Shown one piece after another: positions 23,027 to 36,142 of a DNA stretch of 64,000 nt. Location of the stretch: positions 48,918,001 through 48,982,000 of the forward strand of contig NC_086115.1 in assembly GCF_963921235.1 (NCBI RefSeq). The letters run 5' to 3'. Position numbers and translations under genes: made by a program. The DNA is from Mobula hypostoma (lineage: Eukaryota). The notes below the pieces were generated by a model, which saw nothing but the letters and a program-made list of their open reading frames with translations, was not told the origin of the DNA and made no database searches. Position 1 is the stretch's first letter. Each line of letters begins with the position of its first letter.

Positions 23027-24669
23027 GTAATACTATAACTACAATATACAACATATGAGTGAGATGATCTATTTCTGATTAGCTGTTCAAAACTGTTCAC
23101 AATTTTTGCCTCAGACCATAATTAATGAAGTTGGTACACAATTACACATGCAACCAATCTGACAAAACATCTTGTTACTTCATAGCCTCTGACTTTCACC
23201 GTGGCCAAAATGGATATTGCATACCCAAATGAGCAACTCAACCAAAATTAAAATTCCAACATGTAGTTTTGGAATTAACTCAGTGAATAATACTGCAAGT
23301 ATTGCAAAGCTACCAGATTGTTGTGAAAACTTGTTTAATTGACTAATTTGCTTTAGGCCATCCATCCATTTATGATCTAGTTGATATGGGACCCCAGACC
23401 CATACCAATATGCTGGACACTTATAATATTCTGGGAAATGCCCAGTAAATTGCTCTGTTCCAGCAATGGGCAATAAATGCTTGCCTTGCATCCTAAAAAC
23501 TAAATAATGAAAGATGTAAAATTGGAAATTAAAGTTATAACTTTTTTGATATAAACATTGTAAGTGTGCAGAAGTTTTTTAAAATCAAATTGATTTAAAC
23601 CTTTTTTGAGACCTAGTGAAACTTGTGCTTTCTCTGAACATGTGTAGACTCCTTTTTCTTTAGATACTGTCAGCTGCTCCCCAGTTGACAGTGGTACTGG
23701 AGGCATACTCTGCCGGTATACTGGCTTTGTTTATCAAGGGTAGTTGAGCGTGTATCACTGCAAGATGATGTACCAAGACTTTCAAAATGGTAAATGTAGC
23801 AGAAATAACAAGTGATTACATGCTATTAAGCTGCATAAGTTAGGAATTCAACTACCGAATATGAAGTTACAAGTAGTAAGTTGGTCGTTGCTATTAACCG
23901 TCCTTTGAGTGGAAATGGGTCACTGGAGTAATCCTGACTTCATATGTAAAAGGATAATGCCAAATTTTTGCCCAATTTATTTAATGAGATGCTTTACTAC
24001 CTTTTTTAATATATAGAACCATTCCCTGAAAAACTCCTCTCTCCTCCTCTGCATCCCCTTCCCAAATCAAACCAGATGCAACACTGCAGCAGGTTGGTTC
24101 TAGAATTGTCATTGTTCAGACTATCTTTAGTTAATTATTATTCATGAACCCTTGAAACTATTCATCACCCTTAATGATAGCTAAGCTGGAGTCTTAATTC
24201 CTGTTTCATTTAATTTCCTGTAATTATCTGCTATGATAGATCACTGCAAAGTAATTTACTATCACTAACTGCCCTGGCAGATTAGTACCTCAACTGACTT
24301 ATTTTAATAATCTATTAAGGAGCCACATTAACAGAGACACCTCTTTTTCCCTTATGAGAGGGAGAGAGAGAGACAGACAGACAGACAGACTGTGGTATGA
24401 ACAAGTAGTCTTTGGTGTACTGCAAGTCCTTATCTTTGCTGATGCTTTGCTGCATGCTTGAGTGCTAGGTGGTGGATGTCAATGCTTTTTTTTTGCTGGT
24501 GGTGGAGGAGGGATTGTTGCTTTACTGCTGCTTATGCGTGGGAGGGGAGCTGGGGGGGCTTTTTGTTCTTACATTTAAATGTCATTCATTCTTTGGAGGC
24601 ACTCCTCTGTTTTCGTGGATGGTTGCAAAGAAAAAACATTTCGGGATGTATATTGTATACATTTCTCTG

Positions 24670-25125
24670 ACCTGGGTTTCATCACCTGAGTTACAGAGAA
24701 AGGTTGAACAAGTTGGGTCTTTATTCTCTGGAATGTAGAAGGGTGAAGGGGGACTTATGATAGAGGTATTTAAAATTATGAGGGGGATAGATAGAGTTGA
24801 ATTGGATAGGCTTTTTCCATTGAGAGTGGGGGAGATTCAAACAAGAGGACATGAGTTGAGAGTTAAAGGGCAAAAGTTTAGGGGTAACATGAGGGGGAAC
24901 TTCTTTACTCAGAGTGGTAGCTGTGTGGAATGAGCTTCCAGCAGAAGTGGTTGAGGCAGGTTCGATGTTGTCGTTTAAAGTTAAATTGGACAGCTATATG
25001 GACAGGAAAGGAATGGAGGGTTATGGGCTGAGTGCAGGTCGGTGTGACTAGGTGAGAGTAAGAGTTCGGCACAGACTAGAAGGGCCGAGATGGCCAGTTT
25101 CCGTGCTGTAATGGTTATATGGTTA
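24670..25125 (+). mobile_element. CR1 3' end nested inside another repeat (24335-25150; related copy at 48330-48680)
   Basis: GLYSLE and FFTQ..VWN-type 3' region with a tandem ggttatat tail. Confidence 0.8.
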
Positions 25126-25242
25126 TATTAAATGTACCTTTGAAACTTTTGAAGAGATACATAGGGTATTGATTACAGAATGATATGAAGCAATCTCTTG
25201 GATTTTAAATGATGTAAATGCGTATTGTTCCTTTTCTAACAG

Positions 25243-25434
25243 CTCCTGAAGCCTTAATGCAGGCATTGGAAGACCTTGATTACCTTGCAGCCCTGGATGA
25301 TGATGGAAATTTGTCAGAAATTGGAATCATCATGTCTGAATTTCCACTAGATCCCCAAATGGCCAAAGCTCTTGTTGCATCCTGTGAATATGACTGTGTA
25401 CATGAAATGTTAACAATAGCTGCCATGGTAACAG
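25243..25434 (+). CDS. DHX32: DHX32 coding exon (HA2 domain)
   Basis: aacag|CT CCT GAA ... ACA G|gtatt. Encodes [42 protein letters not shown]. Confidence 0.95.
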
Positions 25435-26813
25435 GTATTTTAACAATCCAGTACTCCATTTCCTTTGGTCACATTCATGCAGATTTACTGGAGCAAACAA
25501 GTACAAAACACAAACAGAACATGCTGGAAACATTCAAGTTATGCAACGCCAGTGGCAGAAACAGAGTTGATGTTTCAGTATGATCAGAAATGAATAAAGA
25601 GAATACAAGCATGTTTGAAGTTGCAGAGATGGGTGAACAGAGGGAATGCCTCTGACAGGATGTAGATCAAGAGAACAAGTTGTCAAGGCAACAACTATTT
25701 TTAAAACCATCAGTTAGAGACAGAAGAGAAACTGAAAGATACTAGGGGGAGGGGGTGAGGGCTGAGTGGAAGTTACAATGTACCTGAAATACTGAGTCAC
25801 AATGCCAAACAAAAATTGAAGTTCTTTCCCTCAAATTCATAAGGAAATCATTGAAGCAATAAGGAGGCTAAGAGGTTATAGGAGTTCTAGCATGTTCTGT
25901 TTCATGTATACTAGTGATACTCGGACGATAATGTTGGAGCAGTATTATCAATTGGTAACTAAAAACATCTTAGTCTGCACATTCAGTAAGTATGTACCTT
26001 TTTTTTAAAAAGATTTGTGCCCAAGTCTTCCAAAATAATGAAATATTATGCTTATTAATAAAATCAAGAAATTTCCAACCTTAACTATTTCAAAAGGTGT
26101 GCTACAATTCGGAGATACAAAATATTCAGTGTGCAAAATATCAAATTTCAATTGGGAAAGTATTTTCCATAGACATTTATAGATTTAATGATTGGCATCA
26201 TTAACAGCTGATCATAAATTCTGAGTTAATGTACGCAATTTATACCTCTAAGAAATATTCCTACAAAACTTAAATAGCACATATTTTTCCTTTGCACTGT
26301 TCACTGCATAGCTATATGATCACGGTTCCATAGAAAATTTAATTGAACAGCAAAAGATTATTAAACCAGTACGAAATAGCCATGGTAACATGCACATTTG
26401 TAAGATGAAAGGTAAATTTTAAATATTTATTGGGAAATCCCTTATTTTGTAAAATAATGAGTTATTGTATGCATTTAATTTAAAGGCCAGATAGTTTAAT
26501 ATATTAATAGAAATATTAATGGCATACTGGAAAATAACATTGTAATTCAGAAGGAATTTTATAGTGGAACTAGACTATAGTTAATAGATCATGCTTAAGA
26601 GAATTTAACTAATATCAGTTGATACGTTGAAGAAAACTATGCACAATGTTCTGTGGAGTTGCAGGATTTCCACTTTGCAGGCATAGAAATTTCATAACGA
26701 AAGCAACAGATTTCATTTGCATTCCTACAGCAGTAGCAGATTTTAATCACAACAAATTGAGGGATTAATTGCATAAGAAATAAAATATCTCCTATACTTT
26801 ATCTTTCTTAAAG

Positions 26814-26963
26814 CTCCTTGTTGTTTCTTGGAACCGCCTCCCAGTTTAGAGGAAGTTGCACAGTCTTGCCGAAGGAAATTCTTCCATCCTGAGGGTGATC
26901 ACTTTACACTTATAAATGTTTACACTGCATTTAAGCAAAGCAAGATGATCTCATCAGCTGAAT
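26814..26963 (+). CDS. DHX32: DHX32 coding exon
   Basis: ttaaag|CT CCT TGT ... GAA T|gtaagt. Encodes HPEGDHFTLINVY. Confidence 0.92.
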
Positions 26964-27135
26964 GTAAGTAAACTAAAAAAATGAGATTAATTTTTCTTTA
27001 AGTTGGTAATTCTTAAGAATGGTTTACTTAACCTCGTTTAGAAAAAATGTTGAATATCATTTTGAAAGTGTTGAACCAACTGTCTCACGGTTTGTTTTTT
27101 AAACATCCTGCTATTTGGTTTTTACTTCAACACAG

Positions 27136-27326
27136 TCTCTGAAGATGAAAAATGGTGCCATGACAATTTTTTAAATTGCTCTGCTCTGAGGATAGCAGAT
27201 GCCATCCGGGCTGATCTGCTGGACATTATGCAGCGCATTGAACTTCCCATTTCAAAACCTGCTTTTGGCACACATAAGAATTCATTGAATGTGAAAAGAG
27301 CTTTATTGTCTGGCTATTTCATGCAG
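27136..27326 (+). CDS. DHX32: DHX32 coding exon
   Basis: cacag|TC TCT GAA GAT GAA AAA TGG TGC ... ATG CAG|gtaaa. Encodes EKWCHDNFLN...KRALLSGYFMQ. Confidence 0.93.
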
Positions 27327-27688
27327 GTAAATACTTTTGGGAACATTTTTCACAATGGTCTGAAATGGGTGTATTACTAAAAATAGTGTTTCTAAATGTC
27401 CACCTCCACAAAGTATTTTAACAGCACTCACTTTCTTCTTGACAATTGTATGAGCTTTTTGTCATCTCACTGTATATCTTTCTTTAGGTCCAATTTCTAT
27501 TTGTGCTATTGCTCATTAATGGTCAGGCTTTTAGCAGAGAAAGGAAGTCCACAAATAGTTAGGTTGAATTTGAGTTGAAACTGTAGACTTAAGGTAATGA
27601 TGAACTACTCTTTGATAAAAGTGATGAAGTAATTTTTTAATCCAATTCAAAATTCTAGAAATGCATTAATGCAACCCTTCCATTCTAG

Positions 27689-27870
27689 ACTGCTCGAGAT
27701 GTTGATGGATTAGGAAACTACGTCATGCTAACACACAAACACGTAACACAACTGCACCCCTTTTCAAGCTATTGTTCTACAAGATTAAAACCAGAATGGG
27801 TTTTGTTCCATGAATTTACAATATCGGAGAACAACTGCATCAGAATTATCTCAGAGGTGTCACCCGAAAT
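27689..27870 (+). CDS. DHX32: DHX32 coding exon (OB-fold region)
   Basis: ttctag|ACT GCT CGA GAT GTT GAT GGA ... GAA AT|gtaagt. Encodes ARDVDGLGNYVMLTHKH...PEWVLFHEF. Confidence 0.93.
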
Positions 27871-30400
27871 GTAAGTGTAAATTCATGCTGGGTGCGATTA
27901 AAATGCAGTTTTACATGGAGGAATTGGTTACTTCTCATCACTAATGTCTTCAACAGTTACAATGCCATTTAATTGGAAAGAATCAAATAAGCAAACAAAC
28001 AGAAAAAATGTTCTCCTAATTTCAAGATGAATGTTACCAATCATTATTCAGTAATACTGAGAGCAAGCTCAGTTCTCTGCACATGAAAATTTTGTTGCCT
28101 TCTGTGACCTCCCTACAGCCAATAAAGTATATAAAGTACAACTTGTTATGAAAAAGCAAAAACAGCCAACCTACATTGAAAAATCCCAGAAACAAGTGTG
28201 TTAACCAATTAGATGTTAAAGCTACATAGTATTAAACACAAATAACAGAACTTGGTATCAGCGATATGCCACAAGGTGGGGCAACACAGCAGCATAGTGG
28301 TTAGCACAATTTACAGGACAGGCAACCTGGGGTCGATTCCCACCGCTGCTTGTAAGAGGTTTCTACATTCTGCCATGACCACTTGCATTTCCTCCCACAG
28401 TCCAAAGCTGTACCAGTTGCTAGGTTAATATGTCATTGTAAATTGTACCATGATTAGGCCAGGATTAGTATTGGGGGATTGCTGGCTAACATGGCTGGAA
28501 GGGGCTGCTCCCCACTGTATCTCATTAAGTAAATAAGATTTGAGTCCATGCTTGTGCAGAAATCCAAACCAGTCCTGAATCAACCACTATTAGAAATACA
28601 GCAATCTTGTATACAATATTTGCTTAGTATTACAGCATGTATAGTTCCAATCAGAATTGGGAATTGAGTACACAATGATACAACTTTGTGCTTATAATTA
28701 GTAGATGAATTTCTAAGCATTTTAAGTATTTAGTTCCCTGCCACTATGTCCATACTGAACATTACAAGTTGTTCTGTGCTCTGTTGAGGTCTGAAGGGTT
28801 ATCCACTCTTTTGACTGTTCTTCAGTCTTAATTCAGTATGACCTCCCCTCCCCCCACTATAACAACAGATGCAGGTATTATTTCAATTATACATCCTCCA
28901 TTACACACACACACACACACAGGGGCTACCATTTTGGCCTCACATAGGACCTACTCTTCATCTCACTTACACACTCCAATTTTTAAATTTCAACTTTACT
29001 TGCACTAGAAAACATTGGTTTGGTTAAATTTGCTTTATCTCATCCTGTTTGCTCCCCACCCACTGACAACGTGGGGAAAGTTCTACAAATTTTGCTAGCA
29101 TTATGTCTGCAGCCAATTCAAAGCATTACATCTCAATCCAAAGTGCTGAACTATATTACTTACTGACCTTTTATCTTCAAGTTTGTCAATGCTGGACATA
29201 CTAATTTCACAATATTTGTCATTGGTTTAAAAATCCCTTAATACCACTCATTCTTAGGATTTTTTTTTCTAGTTATGTGCCCCGTTGGACATCTGACTCA
29301 TTACTTTCTGTACCCAACTACTTCAGTTCATTTCAAACCATTCCAGGCTACCCCAACTCATCTAAAAGCCTTTTCCTACGAGCAGGGAACTAATTCAGTA
29401 TAAAGTGACCACCCTGAAAATAGGCAATTCTCCTACAACAATGCTGATGCTGAATTCAATGCCCTACAATGTGTAATGGGAATATAGCTGATATTAGTAT
29501 TTTCAAATGTGAGATTCAAGAAAACACAGATGGAAAACTAATATCTAAGCCTGAAACAAAACTGTTACAAGTTGACTTAAGTTATTTTAATGTTTTGAAT
29601 CATCACTTTAAAATTTGCTTTTTAGAACAAGTTAGCATTTTTTTAAGAACATCTGGATATTGAGAACTTTCAGCAATGAACTTCTGGAATTAGTGAAAAT
29701 AGCAAACGACTTGTGTACAGTTGGTTCCAAACCTGGCTATCAGCTGATGCCATGTCTTTGTTAAGCTGATTGTGGGGTAAATAATGGGCAAGGCACAGAA
29801 GATGGCTTTTTCACTTCAAAATATTATGGTCACTAGCACCAATCTGAATGTTCAACTCAATCTAGTTTTGTTACTAGAATAAGTTTAAGTATTAAAATGA
29901 TGCAAATTTAATTGTAAAATTTAAATACTGCTTTTGTCATGAATATACACCACACATTACTGTCAGTCTAAAATTAAGAGAAGCTTAAAGTGAAAGGCTT
30001 AGAAATGTAATTACACAAGAAACAATACAACTGAAAATTTAAAAGTAATCATATTATTTTGTTACTCTGGAAATTCAAATGGGCTAATGCTATTCTCATT
30101 GCATTCATTTGGTACCATAATAAATGAGAAATGATCTTGGCAACAGGTTATCCTCTTGCCTTTAGCAAATTTCCATAGTAGTATGGATAGAAATGTGCAA
30201 GGGCAGGCGTATGCTGGCGGCAGGGTTCTTGGTTGTAAAAGTTCTATTTACTTGCTGTCCGTAACTGATAGTTGTGTTAAGTATTTGTAGACAATTTAGT
30301 TTCATACTAAATTTTTGCTGCAAACTAGAATGCAATGTAACTACATCATGAAATATTTGTGAAATCAGCTTCTTAAATCTGAGCCCACATTTCTTTTCAG

Positions 30401-30584
30401 GTTTGTACAGGTGGTTCCTCAGTACTATTTCAGTAACCTACCTCACAGTGAGAGTAAAGAAATTCTGCAGGAAATTACTGATCACTTAAAACTGTCAACA
30501 GATGGAGAAGTACATCATGTAACAAACAAAGAGAATGATAAGCCACAGGAAAACTCAACAGAAGACAGATGCACCATTCAATAA
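30401..30584 (+). CDS. DHX32: DHX32 last coding exon
   Basis: ttttcag|G TTT GTA CAG GTG GTT CCT CAG TAC TAT TTC AGT AAC CTA CCT ... AGA TGC ACC ATT CAA TAA. Encodes VPQYYFSNLP...EDRCTIQ*. Confidence 0.93.
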
Positions 30585-30766
30585 TTGACTACCTTTCATA
30601 ACTTCAGAACTGGACACAAGATAATCTTATGGTATAAAGCTGTATACAACCTCTGCAATGTTTTGAAAGACTTTAATCCTATTTAGAGATTACTCAATTG
30701 TTTTAATACATTAGTTTTCAAATTTTACATGTAAAAGTTTTTAATATCATTGTTTAAAAATCAAAT

Positions 30767-30783
30767 TTTATTTGTTAATTAAA
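30767..30783. terminator. Interlocking poly(A) signals: AATAAA on - (30767-30772, BCCIP) and ATTAAA on + (30778-30783, DHX32)
   Basis: Sequence tttatttgttaattaaa lies between the two stop codons, which are 264 nt apart. Confidence 0.65.
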
Positions 30784-30848
30784 GTCATAGGACAAAAAGC
30801 TAAATACTCATCGTTGGAAATCTGTCCATTGTGAAAATGCAATATTGA

Positions 30849-31019
30849 TTATACAGATAAATATTCTTTGAATTTGTCCATAACTGCATTTAAGCAGTTA
30901 GCAGGAATTAGCATTACTATACGTAGAGGTTTCATAGGAACATCATCAAATGCCCAACGTCCAGAGAGACAGCTGTCACTCTCCTCTTCCACACTGTAGC
31001 TGAATTTCATAATGGATTG
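30849..31019 (-). CDS. BCCIP: BCCIP exon 7 (beta-type C-terminus)
   Basis: cag|QSIMKFSYSVEEESDSCLSGRWAFDDVPMKPLRIVMLIP...KEYLSV*. Spliced CDS totals 888 nt = 295 aa. Confidence 0.95.
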   Translation of the reverse strand, partial: QSIMKFSYSVEEESDSCLSGRWAFDDVPMKPLRIVMLIPANCLNAVMDKFKEYLSV

Positions 31020-31195
31020 CTGGAACAAAAAGCAAATAATTAGAAGTGGAAATCACAAACTGATGCACCAAAACAAATTCATGGTTTCAACTGTAATGGG
31101 TGCACATTCATTTCAAATTGAAACTTGGGCATACCACTGCTGTCATTACTGACCAAGCTTGAACAATGAACAAGTGGAAAAAAGGAAAAACATAC

Positions 31196-31364
31196 CTCAT
31201 AAAAGAACTCATCTTCTGCATTTGCAAACAATAAATCTTCTTTCTGCTTGCCCCTTTGATGTGACTTTTTCTTTCCTGCTTCCACACAGGCCTTGCTGAT
31301 CACAAGGTAATAATGGCACTTGCCACAAGGTTTGTTAGTCCTCTGTGCATCCAACAATTCCGCT
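31196..31364 (-). CDS. BCCIP: BCCIP exon 6
   Basis: tag|A AELLDAQRTNKPCGKCHYYLVISK...FANAEDEFFYE|gtatg. Confidence 0.95.
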
Positions 31365-32464
31365 CTAATGTTTATAAACAAGTAATAATCAAAAATCAAG
31401 GAACATATTTCCATCAAGAGTACATTACTTACAAATGAGAATTCTTTTCATACATTGCTAAACAAAAGTAGGTCACTCAAGATTTAAGCTTCACTACCAG
31501 TAGGGAACAACTTTTGGACTCAAGAGTGTAGCAGAGGAGATTTTCCCCTCGTATGAATGTCTGCATTGAAAATATTCATTACCCTACTGTTTTAATGCAA
31601 GGAAACGCTGAACACAGTGATCTAAAACACCACTTCCTTTCTACCAAATAAGCTCAACATTAGTTGTAAATGTTGGAAACACTCAGCATGTCAAACAGCA
31701 GCTCTGGAAAGGGAGGGAACTAGATCATTCCATTAAAAGTAGCATCATGTGAGAATACCTGCTCCAGTACTATTCACTTTCATGTGCATGATGATAAACC
31801 TGATTTTGATGTGTCTCTATTGTGAACAGAGTGGGAAGGAGGCAGGGAGAACAGAATCTTGGTTGGGAAATGGGGAAGGGAGAGAGAAGCACCAGAGACA
31901 TTTTAAATTATCAATAAACCAATTGTGTGGAATCAAATGACTTTGCCTAGTGTCTCAGAGCTGGCTGTGGCAGTAGCTGTGCCATCAACCCTGCCCAGGC
32001 ACTCCTTCACTGCCACCTGTCGTATACCCCACCCAATATTTTTTCTCCCACCAGATTTACAAACACTGTCCACTTGACATTGACAAAGACTTAGGCAGGC
32101 TAGATAAATATGTACACAGGACCTTTGCACAGTACTATACCTCAACAAATACCATGTCCAAATGCTTCAGATGCTAAATCCAAAGAGCAGATTTAAAGTA
32201 TCTAATGGGCATCTCCCTCATCTTGCATTTTTGTTTATGGAATACATGAACTTGCAAGTACAATTAACACAGTATGCTGTGAACAGCAGAATGCTTTAAA
32301 AGCGAATCAGCACTTTGTTTCTTTTCATGATAGAGAACTCATTTAACAAGTGTTTTTAATCACTATACCAGTTTTATACAGCCAAATTAGAAACAATTTT
32401 TCCTTCCAATTGTTCACTAACAAGTCTTTTATTACAACATAATTGCTCAGTACGTGGTCCTTAC

Positions 32465-32649
32465 TGGAGCTGTTTGTGCAGTGGCAGTGCAATCTGAGGA
32501 GGCACATTAATGAAGCGCTCACTGATGAGAAAGCTGACAGTCTTGCTGTTGTCATTTAGTATTTTTTCCAGCTGCTCAGCTGCAGTCGGATAATGGGTCT
32601 TGCACTGGCTCAGAACCAAATCTTTTATCTGTTCTATAGATTCAGTTCC
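32465..32649 (-). CDS. BCCIP: BCCIP exon 5
   Basis: tag|GTESIEQIKDLVL...FLISERFINVPPQIALPLHKQL CA|gtaag. Confidence 0.95.
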
Positions 32650-33959
32650 CTAAATCAGAGGGAAAAACATCAGATAACAAAATTGATCATTAAAATGAAA
32701 AAAAACATAGAAAATGTAGCAAAATGGTGCACAATTTTGAGAAATACAAAATTATTCATGTTGTCATTGAAAATGTTACAGAAGCTAGAGCTACTAGGTG
32801 GCATCAAATGTTTATCATGGAATTAATACCAACTCATTTTTACAGCTATAGGGAACCACAGACATTTGTTGCAATTTTCTATTCATGTTATGACCTCAAA
32901 TACAGCTAATAGGCCATATTCTCAGTTCTCTAGATCTGGGAGACCAGCATTTCAGTCCTAGGTAACTGCAGGGATGAACAGTGAGGCCTGCAAATGGCCA
33001 GGACCTTGAACAACATAATCAGGCGATAGCATGTCCTGACCATGAAACACTTCTGGAAACCTTTACCTGGGAAACCTAAAGGCCTGGACCAGGATCTGCT
33101 ATCTGTCGAAGATTTTCATTGTTGCTGAATAACTTCAACCCTTCACAAGATCATAAGACAAAGGAGCAGAAGTGGGCCATTCTGCCCATTGAGTTTGTTC
33201 TGCCACTCCACCATGAGCTAAACTATTCTCCCATCTAGTTCCAATTTCCAGCTTTTTCCCCCATATCCCTTGGCTAATGAACAATCAAAATAAGTCTTGC
33301 TTTATTTAAAATTAACTTTATAGAGAATTTACGATTCAATATTAAGCATTTAACCAAAATTTGTGATCATGCTCAACTTGGACAAATGCATTTTATTAGT
33401 ATCTGCTTGCAACATCTAAAGGTTTCTTTAATGTCATCACGAACAAGTGTACTGTCAATCAACTAGGCCAATATGGGCAGCTTTAAAATAGACCACATTA
33501 ACCAACCCCCAGCCCCCTTCTGCAAAAAAAATAAATATACTAAAGCTAGAAAAACAACAATAGAAAATGCTGGGGGGGGGGGGGAAGAATTGGTAAATTA
33601 AGCAGCATCTGTAGAAAGAGAAACTGTAGCATCAAATATATTGGAGTACAGTTAATTGGGCCATCAGTTAATCAAGGCAGGTGCTTATTTAGGACAATTA
33701 TTAAAGAACAAAAACTGATTGAGACAATAGCCAGGATTCCCATCATTGTTTTGGGACGCTCTGCCACTTAATTGGGGATAGGAGTCAGCTGTCAAACAGT
33801 TCCTAACTACCATCAGTTGTGTGCACTTGTGTGACCATTAGACACTACATAGCGCTTAGAGCAGTTTTTAAATAGTGCCAGTTGCTTGTGTTTATGTTAT
33901 CCATTTGGGCCAATGGATGCTGAATCAAAGACCAGCACCAGCAGTACAGTCTGTCACTG

Positions 33960-34790
33960 ATAGTTGGCATGAAACAAGCAGTGATTCCTGTGGAAAGCAG
34001 AAAGTGGGGGGGAGGAGGGGGGAAAAGAGAGATCTGTTTGGTGGTGAGATCCAGTTAGAGGAGGCGAAAGTTTCGGAGAATTTTGTGCTGGATGCGGAGG
34101 GTGGAAGGTGAGGACAAGAGGAGCCCTATCCCTGGTAGGGTGGCGGGAGGATGGGGTAAGAGCAGATGCGCATGAAATGTAAGAGATGTAGTTGAGGGCA
34201 GCATGGATGGTGGAGGAAGGGAAGCCCCCTTCTTTGAAAAAGGGCATCTCCTTTGTTCTAGAATGAAAATCCTCATTCTGAGAGCAGATGTGGCAGAGGT
34301 GCAGAAACTGAGAGAAGGGGATGGCGTTTTTACAAGTAAAAGGGTGAGGCGAGGTACAGTCCAGGCAGCTATGAGAATCCGTGGGTTTATAATAGACATC
34401 AGTGGATAAGCTGTCTCCGGAAATAGAGACAGCGAGATCGAGAAAGGGAGGGAGGTGTTCGAAATGGACCAGGTAAATTTCAGGGCAGAGTGGAAGTTGG
34501 AGGCAAAGTGGATGAAGTCCATGAGTTCAGTATGGGTGCAGGAAGCAGCGCTATTCATTGATGTCGCATAGGAAAAGTGCGGGACTGTCACCAGTGTAGG
34601 CATGGAACATAGACTGTTCCACGTAACTGACAAACAGGCAGGCACAGCTAGGACACATGGGAGTGCCCATGGCTACCCCTCTTTGCTCCAGTCTTGTCAC
34701 AGGGTTTTGGCCCAAAACATTCACCGTCCTCTTTTCCATAGATCTGCCTGGCTTGCTGAGTTCCTCCAGCAGTTTGTGCATGTTGCACAG
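33960..34790 (-). mobile_element. Penelope-like RT remnant with an inverted pseudo-LTR arm at its 5' end
   Basis: GVAMGTPMCPSCACLFVSYVEQ, FHSALKFTWSIS and APLVLTFHP; inverted pLTR-like arm at 34700-34790. Confidence 0.85.
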
Positions 34791-35263
34791 TTTTATAGTA
34801 TTGTGATAGTATTTGTCGTGTTCTAATTTGTTCTGCATTTCATTTAAATACTTTTTTTTAAGCAATTTGTCCCTTTTTCATATCATTTTAACTACTTCCA
34901 TGAAACTTCAACTAACTGTGGTAGCTGTTCAATTGTGCTAAAATGTACTGGTCCTTATGTGTCCCAATTAACCGGAATCAACTATATTTCTGTTTCCACA
35001 AATATAGCCTAACATGCCAAGTAGTACTAACATTTTCTATAATTTTACATTTCCAACATCTTCAGACTTTATTTTCACCTATTTGCTGTTCTCAGATCTC
35101 ATCTCCCAGCTAGTTCATGTTGTCACATTGTTATAGCACCATGCAGCATTCATTATAATACAATTTCCTTTGAAGCATACAAATATTGATCCAAAAATAT
35201 TCTGTAATATTACCAAAATTATTTGACCCTCAGCTGGCTTTCAAAAACCCATGTTCACTACCC

Positions 35264-36013
35264 CAGTGGTCCCCAACCACAGGGCCGCAAAGCATGTGCT
35301 ACCAGGCCGCGAGGAAACAATATGATTTGGCGATATGAGTCAGCTGCACCTTTCCTCATTCCCTGTCACCCACTGTTGAATTTGAACACAGGATTGCCAA
35401 TTGTCCCGTATTAGCCAGGATATCGGGCTAAATTGGTTTGCCCCATACAGGACCGCCCTTATCCCGTATTTCCCCCGCTAAGGTAGAGCGTTCCTATGAA
35501 GCCATTCGTAAGCCAAAATGGCGTAAAGCGAAGAAGCAATTACTATTAATTTATAATGGGAAACATTCTTGAGCATTCCCAGACCCAAAAAATAACCTAC
35601 CAAATCATACCAATTAACACATAAAACCTAAGATAACACTAGCATATAGTAAAAGCAGGAATGATATGATAAATACACAGCCTGTATAAAATAGAAATAA
35701 TGTATGTACAGTGTAGTTTCACTTAACAGAATCGGGAAGATTAAGCCAAAACCAATTTCTAGAAAAAAAATCGGCACATACACACATGCGCACACAGGTG
35801 CCCGCGCAAGGCTTCATGGTCATGGTAGTCTTTCTCAGGGTAAACACAAGTGTCCCATATTTGACTGCTACTTTTGTCCCTTATTTGGGAGTGAGAAAGT
35901 TTGCAACCCTACTTGAACATCCCCTCCACCCCCTCCCTACCCCGTCGGCCGGCCCGCAAGACTATTGTCAATATTAAACCAGTCCACGGTGCAAAAAAGG
36001 TCGGGGACCCCTG
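35264..36013. mobile_element. hAT MITE with a second hAT-like element (35389-35911) nested inside
   Basis: Outer TIRs cagtggtccccaacc/ggtcggggacccctg with 8-bp TSD cactaccc. Inner TIRs caggattgccaa/tttgcaacccta with TSD (t/c)ttgaaca. Confidence 0.88.
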
Positions 36014-36142
36014 CACTACCCTGACTAGTCTATCAGTAGTTTCATTGCAAGTAATATACATAACAAATGTATTCATAAAAACCCAAACAGCTGTTGGCTT
36101 AGAATTGGTTATTAAAAAATGTTTTTAAAAAAATTACCACCC

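Noticed and set aside
27871-30400. A BCCIP-alpha-type alternative last exon inside a DHX32 intron, as in human
   Set aside because: No such exon recognisable; only the beta-type terminus (KEYLSV*) is supported.
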